Positions 1-6,617 of a DNA stretch of 28,285 nucleotides are shown in pieces. The stretch is from a virus. Its lineage: Duplodnaviria; Caudoviricetes. The notes below the pieces were generated by a model that ran no database searches, was not told where the DNA came from, and worked only from the letters and a program-made list of their open reading frames with translations. The stretch covers positions 1-28,285 of IMG/VR virus record IMGVR_UViG_3300032247_000579; one strand, written 5' to 3'. A program made the position numbers and the translations under genes. Each line of letters begins with the position of its first letter. Position 1 is the first letter of the stretch.

Positions 1-1
1 C

Positions 2-493
2 TACAAGACTAAGCTACGCACACTAGGTGCTGTAAAGCACAAGTTCTGGCTTAGTGAGTCCGCTAGCGCGTCCACTATCTCAGGTATCGCCAACAAGATT
101 CAGCTACTACAGCCAGATGTAGTATTCATTGACGGAGTATACCTGATGGTTGATGAACAGTCCGGTGAGGCAAACACCCCACTAGCTCTTACTAACATCA
201 CCCGCTCACTAAAGCGCCTAGCGCAGAAGTATCAGGTTCCTGTAATTATCTCTACCCAAGCCCTTGAGTGGAAGATGAAGAAGGGGCAGGTTACCGCTAG
301 CTCTATCGGTTACTCATCCTCATTCTTCCAAGATGCTGATGTTCTGCTAGGCCTACAGCGTGAGGATGAGGCGGTAGACGATACCCGTGTCCTGCGTCTT
401 ATGGCTGGTCGTAACTGTAGCCCTATGGAAGTCTCCTTAGTCTGGGACTGGAACACCGGTGACTTCCGAGAGATTAACGGGGACGACCTATGA
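2..493 (+). CDS. DnaB-like replicative helicase, C-terminal part (5' truncated by window edge)
   Basis: Frame is open from base 2 (YKTKLRTLG...PDVVFIDGVYLMVDE...). It has the Walker B-like VVFIDG, then SLKRLAQKYQVPVIISTQ, YSSSFFQDAD and a GRN arginine-finger region typical of SF4 helicases. It lies just upstream of the primase. Confidence 0.85.
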   Translation, partial: YKTKLRTLGAVKHKFWLSESASASTISGIANKIQLLQPDVVFIDGVYLMVDEQSGEANTPLALTNITRSLKRLAQKYQVPVIISTQALEWKMKKGQVTASSIGYSSSFFQDADVLLGLQREDEAVDDTRVLRLMAGRNCSPMEVSLVWDWNTGDFREINGDDL

Positions 494-594
494 TAGATAA
501 ACTTTACGGCTTAATCTATCGTTGGGCTATGGGTACTAAGAATAGCGAAGACGACCTACCTATTGGAACATACTACGTACAGGACTGGGAATGA
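490..594 (+). CDS. 34-aa small protein (MIDKLYGLIYRWAMG...VQDWE), not in ORF track
   Basis: Fills the helicase-primase gap exactly, with ATGA start/stop overlaps at both ends (490-493 and 591-594). Confidence 0.6.
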   Translation: MIDKLYGLIYRWAMGTKNSEDDLPIGTYYVQDWE

Positions 595-1526
595 CAGTAG
601 ATGAGATGGAAAAGGTTCTTGATAGCCTTGACATTGAACATGTTGGTACTCGTGGAGACGAGATTCAGGGCTTCTGCCCTGCCCACGAGGAGCGCACAGG
701 TCACGTAGACCATAGCCCTTCTTGGTATATTAACTCAGATACTGGGGCCCACATCTGTTTCTCCTGTGACTTCAGGGGAAACGTAGTTACACTAGTAGCT
801 AAGCTAAAGGGGTACGACACCTTTGAGGAGGCCAAGGAATGGCTCTCAGGGGGCTCAAACGGCTTCCTAGAGGCCATTGAGAGGTCACTTGAGAAGCGGG
901 AGGTCCATCCGTTTGAAGAGCTTGTATACGTCTCTGAGGCCTCCCTAGCGGCATTCAAATACCCACCAGACAAAGCCCTCAAGTCTAGGGGCCTAACCCT
1001 AGAGGCTGCCAACAAGCATCAGGTGTTGTGGAACAAAAGGCAGCAGGCCTGGGTTACCCCAATCCGAGATGCCGCTACTAACCAGCTGCTTGGTTGGCAG
1101 GAGAAGGGATACTACGGTAGATACTTCAAGAACAACCCAGCGGGAACTAAAAAAAGTAATGCCCTCTTTGGTTTAAACCAGTACGATGGGGGAACAATGA
1201 TTGTTGTAGAGTCACCCCTAGATGTCGTACGTTTAGAATCATTGGGCATAACGGGAGGGGTCTCTACCTTTGGCGCCATCATTTCCCCAAAGCAGCTGGA
1301 GTACATCCGCAAAGCTGACAGGGTTTTGTTTGCGCTAGACTCCGATGCCGCCGGTCTTGCAGCTTCTATGAAGATGTTAGACTTGACTAAGGAGTTTAAC
1401 TTTGAGGCTTGGTTCTTTAACTATGACAACATCGATATAAAAGATGTCGGCGGTATGAGCCGAGCAGAAGTTCTCCAAGGTATCGAGAACGCAATACACT
1501 CAGTCCGTTATGGTCTGAACATCTAA
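591..1526 (+). CDS. DNA primase (CHC2 zinc finger + TOPRIM)
   Basis: CPAH...CFSC zinc finger; TOPRIM motifs VVESPLD, LDSDAAG and KDVG. Confidence 0.9.
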   Translation: MTVDEMEKVLDSLDIEHVGTRGDEIQGFCPAHEERTGHVDHSPSWYINSDTGAHICFSCDFRGNVVTLVAKLKGYDTFEEAKEWLSGGSNGFLEAIERSLEKREVHPFEELVYVSEASLAAFKYPPDKALKSRGLTLEAANKHQVLWNKRQQAWVTPIRDAATNQLLGWQEKGYYGRYFKNNPAGTKKSNALFGLNQYDGGTMIVVESPLDVVRLESLGITGGVSTFGAIISPKQLEYIRKADRVLFALDSDAAGLAASMKMLDLTKEFNFEAWFFNYDNIDIKDVGGMSRAEVLQGIENAIHSVRYGLNI

Positions 1527-1538
1527 TTAGGAGATAAA

Positions 1539-1955
1539 GTGACAGTATCACGAATCACAGGTACACAGGCCTTCTCACATATGAATGTCTGGCGTTTGAA
1601 TGAGAAGAATGGCTTTCTAGGTTATTGCCACCGAACCTGTCAGAACGCTTGGGGCTTGCCCGCAAAGTACGCTTCAGCACAGGACGCCTGGAATCATATT
1701 CCAAAGGCACACCGCCATACAGATCCAACCAAGGCTCCAATTGGGGCTCCGCATTTTTGGGAGGGTGGGCTGTACGGCCACGTAGCTTTGCAGTCAGATA
1801 AGAAGGGTGTAGTTATTACTACAGATGCCCCTCGGCCTAATTACATTGGCCTTGAGCACCTTGCCTTCTTTGAAAATAACTGGGGCAAGAAGTATCTAGG
1901 TTGGGCATCACAGTACAATGATGTTGACCTGCAGCTAGGAAAGATGCCTAGCTAG
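1539..1955 (+). CDS. CHAP/NlpC-P60-like peptidoglycan hydrolase
   Basis: GYCHRTC (catalytic Cys), P.GAPHFW.GG.YGHVAL (catalytic His) and YLGW. GTG start with AGGAG SD. Confidence 0.7.
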   Translation: MTVSRITGTQAFSHMNVWRLNEKNGFLGYCHRTCQNAWGLPAKYASAQDAWNHIPKAHRHTDPTKAPIGAPHFWEGGLYGHVALQSDKKGVVITTDAPRPNYIGLEHLAFFENNWGKKYLGWASQYNDVDLQLGKMPS

Positions 1956-1956
1956 C

Positions 1957-3537
1957 ATGTTTACAGGGACTCTTCTGCCCTACCAAGTCGAAGCCGTAGA
2001 CCGTATGTGCGACCAGAAGAAAATGCTGGTCGCCTACGATCTTGGCTTAGGTAAGACTGTTCTTACTATTGCGGCTATTGAAAGCATGATGGGTTCCGGC
2101 GATATCAAAGAGCCGGGACTCATCATTTGCTTATCTAGCCTTAAGTATCAGTGGGCTAACTCTATTACTAAGTTTAGTGATTCAAAGCCCATAGTTATTG
2201 ACGGCACCCCAACTCAGCGTGCTAAGCAGTATGAGCAGGCGCTGAACTGGAGAGAGACCGGCGTTGACTATATCATCATGAACTATGAGCAGGTAGTAAA
2301 TGACTGGGCAATAGTTAAGTCCTTACCTAAGGCCTTTGTAGTACTGGATGAAGCCACTGCTATCAAGTCTTTTAAGTCTAAGCGCTCTCGCTATGTTAAG
2401 CGTTTGAACTTTGCGCCAATCAAGTTTGCTCTTACAGGTACTCCTATTGAAAATGGTAGGCCAGAAGAGCTTTACAGTATCATGCAGTTTGTAGATAACA
2501 AGGTACTAGGTCGGTTTGATATCTTTGACCAAGCTTTTATCGTACGAAATGACTGGGGTGGAGTAGACCATTACCGTAATCTCCCTACCTTATTTACTAA
2601 GATGAAGGAAGCTTCTGTAAGAAAGAAGCAGACTGATGATGACGTAGCTCCTTACCTACCGGAGTCTATCTACAAGGAGCCTCTGACAGTCCATCTGGAC
2701 CGTAAGTCAGCAAAGCTTTACCAGAAGATAGCAGATGACCTTATTGAGTCTATCGAGTCTGCGCAGGATATGTTTGGCAAGTCCTTTAATGTCCTAGCTC
2801 ATTATGGGTATGAGGGAGATAGCTCTAGCAAGGCTGATGAGTACCGAGGTCTTATTATGTCTAAGGTAACAGCTCTAAAGATGCTCTGCTCTCATCCCGA
2901 TCTAATACGAATCAGTGCAGACAAGTATGTTAATACTGATAATGAAGGCTCAGAGTATGCTCACTCCCTAAGGGAAGCTGGGTACCTTGATGGAGTTAAG
3001 TCCTCTCCTAAGCTGGACGCCTTAGTAGAGTATGTTAAAGACTTCCTCAGCCAAAGCCCTGAACATAAAGTCGTAATATTTGCTACCTATGTAGACATGG
3101 TAGATATCATTAGAGATTCTATTGGACCAGATATCTGTAGGATTTATACAGGTAAGCTTGATGCTAAAACTAAAGAGGAGAATAAAATTGCTCTCAATAC
3201 AGACCCTAGCGTCCGTGTCCTTATCAGCAGTGACGCTGGGGGTTACGGCGTGGATCTTCCTGCCGCCAATTTGCTGGTTAACTATGATCTCCCTTGGTCA
3301 TCGGGCGCGGCGACGCAGAGAAATGGCCGTATCAAACGTGCATCAAGCACATGGAAAACTATAGTTATCCAAGACATCCTCATTGCAGGGTCCGTGGAGG
3401 TGCGACAGCATGAGGCATTACAGCAAAAAAACTCAGTAGCTAGCGCTGTTATTGATGGACAAGGTATTGATAGCAAGGGTACTTTGACCCTAACGCTAGG
3501 TAGTTTAAAGGAATTTGTCATTACATCATCAGTTTAG
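1957..3537 (+). CDS. SNF2-family (SF2) helicase/ATPase
   Basis: LLPYQ, DLGLGKT (Walker A variant), VLDEAT, ALTGTPIEN, GGYGVDL and QRNGRIKR motifs. Confidence 0.9.
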   Translation: MFTGTLLPYQVEAVDRMCDQKKMLVAYDLGLGKTVLTIAAIESMMGSGDIKEPGLIICLSSLKYQWANSITKFSDSKPIVIDGTPTQRAKQYEQALNWRETGVDYIIMNYEQVVNDWAIVKSLPKAFVVLDEATAIKSFKSKRSRYVKRLNFAPIKFALTGTPIENGRPEELYSIMQFVDNKVLGRFDIFDQAFIVRNDWGGVDHYRNLPTLFTKMKEASVRKKQTDDDVAPYLPESIYKEPLTVHLDRKSAKLYQKIADDLIESIESAQDMFGKSFNVLAHYGYEGDSSSKADEYRGLIMSKVTALKMLCSHPDLIRISADKYVNTDNEGSEYAHSLREAGYLDGVKSSPKLDALVEYVKDFLSQSPEHKVVIFATYVDMVDIIRDSIGPDICRIYTGKLDAKTKEENKIALNTDPSVRVLISSDAGGYGVDLPAANLLVNYDLPWSSGAATQRNGRIKRASSTWKTIVIQDILIAGSVEVRQHEALQQKNSVASAVIDGQGIDSKGTLTLTLGSLKEFVITSSV

Positions 3538-3578
3538 TCTAGGTGAACTCCTGTTATTTATATGTTAAGGTAGAATTA

Positions 3579-4034
3579 ATGCTAGGTAAACTAAAAGCCT
3601 GGACTTCCGCTGTCGCGCTTCTTGTAGGCGTGCTTACATCGCTACCGACAGCCCAAAGTCAGGCTCAAAATATCAACGCATCTTGTAGAGTTACTACAGA
3701 ATCTACAAGATCTTATAAGAGGTTACCGTATGCCTCAATCGAATACAATAAACAATTTGCCAGAATCTATATGCAAAACACGTACGGTTGGTGTGGCTCT
3801 CAGTATGTATGCTTACACACCTTATGGAACCACGAGAGCGGGTGGAGGGTCAACGCACATAACTCTTCATCAGGTGCTCATGGTATCCCACAGGCCCTAC
3901 CCGGGAGTAAAATGGGTACAGGGTGGAGAACTAATCCGAATGTCCAAATAATCTGGGGTTTGAAGTACATCAAATCGAGGTATAATACCCCTTGCAATGC
4001 GCTTTCCGTATGGAATCGCCAGCGCTGGTACTAA
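3579..4034 (+). CDS. Secreted lytic transglycosylase (SLT/lysozyme-like)
   Basis: N-terminal signal peptide (MLGKLKAW...AQSQA). LWNHESGWRVNAHNSSSGAHGIPQALPGSKM and QIIWGLKYIKSRY...PCNA motifs. ATG 3579 preferred over GTG 3543. Confidence 0.85.
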   Translation: MLGKLKAWTSAVALLVGVLTSLPTAQSQAQNINASCRVTTESTRSYKRLPYASIEYNKQFARIYMQNTYGWCGSQYVCLHTLWNHESGWRVNAHNSSSGAHGIPQALPGSKMGTGWRTNPNVQIIWGLKYIKSRYNTPCNALSVWNRQRWY

Positions 4035-4062
4035 TAGTACCTCTACTACTAAGGAATACTAC

Positions 4063-4458
4063 ATGTTAAAAAAGATTGCTATTGCATCAGTTGCTGTTCT
4101 AGCTTTGGCTGGTTGTGCATCCACTAAGTCTGCGGACCCTGCCCCAGCTCCGGCACCGGCAGCCGACTCCTATGTAAGCCCTGAAGATGTCTTCTTGGCT
4201 GACGTACATAGTATGAATGATCCCTATATTGAATCCACTACAGACTCAAATCTACTAGATATTGGTACCGCCACTTGTACCGCACTTGATGAAGGTAATA
4301 CTATTGATGAAATTGTTACTTACCTTATTCAAAGCGGTACGTTTAGCACTGCTGAGCAGGCAAAAGCTGCTGGTATGATCATTGCTGCTGCTGGCCTGGA
4401 CCTTTGTCCGGAGTACGCATCAGATGTACAAGCTTATGCAAATAGCTTATCTTCTTAG
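4063..4458 (+). CDS. Lipoprotein, DUF732-like
   Basis: AAGGA SD then ATG 4063; lipobox LAGC; PAPAPAPA linker; D..FL....G...C..L..G...A...CP pattern. Confidence 0.7.
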   Translation: MLKKIAIASVAVLALAGCASTKSADPAPAPAPAADSYVSPEDVFLADVHSMNDPYIESTTDSNLLDIGTATCTALDEGNTIDEIVTYLIQSGTFSTAEQAKAAGMIIAAAGLDLCPEYASDVQAYANSLSS

Positions 4459-4561
4459 ACACCTAACCGCGCCTATGGAAGGGCTCTAAGAACAATTGAG
4501 AACTAGATACGTTACGAAAGGGCAAAAGCCCCTAGGCGTTCGATAACCTCTCCTAGTCTCG

Positions 4562-4616
4562 ACACTTGAGCAGGTGTATAACATGCGCTTTGCCTGAGCA
4601 AGCAACAAAACTGCTC
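4562..4616 (+). ncRNA. Two tandem 27-nt H-type pseudoknot-like units
   Basis: ACAC-TTGAGCAG-GTGT-ATAACA-TGCGC (4562-4588) and TTGC-CTGAGCAA-GCAA-CAAAAC-TGCTC (4590-4616) share identical spacing. The stems differ but both pair, and the loop GAGCA is complementary to the downstream TGCTC. Confidence 0.5.
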
Positions 4617-4623
4617 ACCCCTA

Positions 4624-4704
4624 GGGGCTGGAAGGTTTCGACTATCAGTAAGGCCGCACGCGGAGACTGTTAGGACCAGAGTTCGATTCTCTGCAGCTCC
4701 ACCA
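4624..4704 (+). ncRNA. Minimal tmRNA-like RNA: tRNA-like domain only, no tag reading frame
   Basis: Acceptor GGGGCTG/CAGCTCC-A-CCA with G3.U70. Stemless D-loop GAAGGTTTCGA, helix CTATCAGT/ACTGTTAG, GAC linker, T-arm CAGAG-TTCGATT-CTCTG. Only 16 nt lie inside the helix. Confidence 0.8.
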
Positions 4705-4705
4705 A

Positions 4706-4778
4706 GCCTCCGTAGCTCAGTGGATAGAGCAGCAGGTTTCTACCCTGCGTGCCGCTGGTTCGATCCCAGCCGGGGGTA
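4706..4778 (+). tRNA. tRNA-Arg (anticodon TCT)
   Basis: Cloverleaf: acceptor GCCTCCG/CGGGGGT, D arm GCTC-AGTGGATA-GAGC, anticodon arm GCAGG-TTTCTAC-CCTGC, T arm GCTGG-TTCGATC-CCAGC. CCA is not encoded. Confidence 0.92.
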
Positions 4779-4817
4779 CGTATGTTTAACTATTTGAAAG
4801 CAGGGTAAGGTAGACAC

Positions 4818-5009
4818 ATTCCACGTTCAGGACAAACACCAACTAGAACTATCCGAGTTGACGACGACTTATGGGAGGCCGTACAGGCCCAGGCTAAAGT
4901 TGACGGCGTTACCGTTACAAGTATTATTATTGATGGTCTGCTAAGGTATCTTACAGACTCACGTCTTAGAAATGAGGAGGACCTTGACAATGGATCTTAT
5001 GGAGCTTGA
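4818..5009 (+). CDS. Ribbon-helix-helix (Arc/CopG-like) DNA-binding protein with apparent ATT start, not in ORF track
   Basis: Translates as (I/M)PRSGQTPTRTIRVDDDLWEAVQAQAKVDGVTVTSIIIDGLLRYLTDSR..., 63 aa, with the RHH strand-helix-G-helix pattern. There is an in-frame TAA at 4806 and no ATG/GTG/TTG before the domain. Confidence 0.75.
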   Translation: MPRSGQTPTRTIRVDDDLWEAVQAQAKVDGVTVTSIIIDGLLRYLTDSRLRNEEDLDNGSYGA

Positions 5010-5397
5010 GGGCTTAGTACAGCAGAACGTACTGCTAAAGAGCAAGATCGATGAACTTACCGCCATACAAAGCGGTGTAAAGAAGTCCCTTAAGGGAATT
5101 ATAGAAGAGGCCGGTGTCGTTGATGACCGTGGGCATATCGTTATTGAATTGCCACACGAAGTAGATGGCATCACCAAGGTAATGCAACAGCGCCGAGTGT
5201 CTAAGAGCCTAGACGAGGATGTAGCTGAAGCTCTCCTCTCTAAGAAGGGTATTGCCGAGCGTTGTATCAAGATGGTCCCAGTCCTTGATGAAGATGAAAT
5301 CATGAAGGCTTACTACGAGGGCGTTATCTCAGAGGAAGACATCGACACGATGTTCCCGTCTAAGGTTAGCTATGCCCTGGTAATGACTAAGGGATAA
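4990..5397 (+). CDS. Hypothetical phage protein (N-terminal coiled coil)
   Basis: GAGGAGG SD precedes ATG 4990, which is preferred to 4972. Abuts the next gene. Confidence 0.7.
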   Translation: MDLMELEGLVQQNVLLKSKIDELTAIQSGVKKSLKGIIEEAGVVDDRGHIVIELPHEVDGITKVMQQRRVSKSLDEDVAEALLSKKGIAERCIKMVPVLDEDEIMKAYYEGVISEEDIDTMFPSKVSYALVMTKG

Positions 5398-5398
5398 G

Positions 5399-5905
5399 AT
5401 GTCGGACTTTATTGACGAGACCTTCGCTAGTCTAGATGAGTACTACCCAGGTAGTAGGCGTAAGCGTAAATCAGTAGAGCCTGCAAAGGCTGAGGAGCCC
5501 AGAGAAGTTAACTGGGACTCACGCCCCTACGTCAAGACTATGCCCAATGGTACAGACATGGAGCTCTTTACCATCGGTGCTTTGGCCACAGCCCTAGACC
5601 GTCCTATAATTACGGTCAGGGACTGGGTCAAGAAAGGTTACCTACCTACTGCTCCATACCGAATGCCTTCTACAACAAATAAGAACGGCGACTCCCACCA
5701 GGGGCGTAGACTTTATAGTCGTGCTATGATTGAAGCTGTTGTAGAAATCTTTGATAAAGCCGGTCTACTTTCGCTAGAAAGAATAGAGTGGAATAATCAT
5801 AAAAAAATAGCGTTTAGTATCTCCGAAAGGTGGAATACTATCCGTATGCAAGAAACCAACACTGCCAATAATGCTAACCAGTTAGGAAATACCAATGGCC
5901 ATTAA
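5399..5905 (+). CDS. MerR-like helix-turn-helix DNA-binding protein
   Basis: LFTIGALATALDRPIITVRDWVKKGYLP...GRRLYSR. Confidence 0.75.
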   Translation: MSDFIDETFASLDEYYPGSRRKRKSVEPAKAEEPREVNWDSRPYVKTMPNGTDMELFTIGALATALDRPIITVRDWVKKGYLPTAPYRMPSTTNKNGDSHQGRRLYSRAMIEAVVEIFDKAGLLSLERIEWNNHKKIAFSISERWNTIRMQETNTANNANQLGNTNGH

Positions 5906-6554
5906 CCCATCATTCAAAGAAGCCTCCTTTGACACGGACGACGATGTGTTTGACATCGACGATCGACCTGCAAATGCAGGTGGAGCATCTTCAGTTGCAT
6001 CAGGCTGGGCTAGTGCTGAGGCCTTTACGGCTCCAGCAGGAGACTACCCAGTAGAGTTCAAGCACACTGAACAACCACAGGTACTTAAGTTCATTGACCC
6101 AGACGGGCCAGTAGCTGTTTACCGTCAGCACTTCCTTACAGCAAAGGAAGGCAAGAAGTCCTACGTATGTCTAGGCAATGGTTGCCCACTCTGCACAGAG
6201 CTTGGTAACCGACCAGAAGATAAGCGTGCGTTCAGCGTTGTAAACTTGAGCACTGCGCCTTTCCAGCGTCAGTTGCTTATCGCAACTCCGCGTCTGTTCA
6301 AGACACTGCATAGCCTTAACTTCACCCCTCAGGGCCCGCTCGCTAAGAACTACTGGGCAATCAGCCGTACCGGCGTGAAGCAGACCACTATGTACAACGT
6401 CAACCCTGTCAAGGGCCGTGACCTAGAGGAAGACTGGGGCATCAACGAAGCCGAAGTCAACGATTTCCTTAGTAGCGTAGAGGCGTATGACCGCTCTGTA
6501 GTTAAAGAGTCATCATTCGCTGAGCTTCTAGAGATTGCCAAGTCACTTTCCTAG
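5895..6554 (+). CDS. Single-stranded DNA-binding protein (gp32-like)
   Basis: YRQHF...YVC.G.GCPLC metal-binding motif, ISRTG...T.Y motif, acidic N-terminus, and position just upstream of the polymerase. Confidence 0.65.
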   Translation: MAINPSFKEASFDTDDDVFDIDDRPANAGGASSVASGWASAEAFTAPAGDYPVEFKHTEQPQVLKFIDPDGPVAVYRQHFLTAKEGKKSYVCLGNGCPLCTELGNRPEDKRAFSVVNLSTAPFQRQLLIATPRLFKTLHSLNFTPQGPLAKNYWAISRTGVKQTTMYNVNPVKGRDLEEDWGINEAEVNDFLSSVEAYDRSVVKESSFAELLEIAKSLS

Positions 6555-6564
6555 TCATTGCTGT

Positions 6565-6607
6565 GCCCCCAGATACCCTGCTACCCTGCGGAGTACCTGG
6601 GGGCTTT
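6565..6607 (+). terminator. GC-rich hairpin between SSB and DNA polymerase
   Basis: GCCCCCAG-A-TAC / GTA-C-CTGGGGGC stem followed by a short TTT. Confidence 0.5.
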
Positions 6608-6617
6608 AGGGGTTTAT

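Noticed and set aside
4526-4544. AAGCCCCTAGGCGTTCGAT resembles part of a pistol ribozyme
   Set aside because: I could not build the required P1/pseudoknot/P2/P3 arrangement. The similarity is only local.
4521-4569. Possible detached tmRNA tag ORF (GCA AAA GCC...)
   Set aside because: It reads AKAPRRSITSPSLDT*, with no hydrophobic ...LAA C-terminus and no resume-context support.
4624-4704. Ordinary tRNA (Ala or other isotype) or attP remnant of an ssrA integration site
   Set aside because: There is no D-stem and no 5-bp/7-nt anticodon arm. An att duplication would usually carry only one end of ssrA, whereas both ends are present and mutually paired. No integrase is in the window.
4732-4748. 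Amber suppressor reading (CTA) of the tRNA anticodon loop
   Set aside because: The 7-nt loop TTTCTAC centres on TCT. TAG is used as a normal stop in the window (e.g. 1955, 4458, 6554), so there is no sign of recoding.
4790-4990. Minus-strand 66-aa ORF from the track, and the other minus-strand or nested ORFs inside long plus-strand genes
   Set aside because: These are shadow frames of well-supported genes. This one is antisense to the RHH gene.
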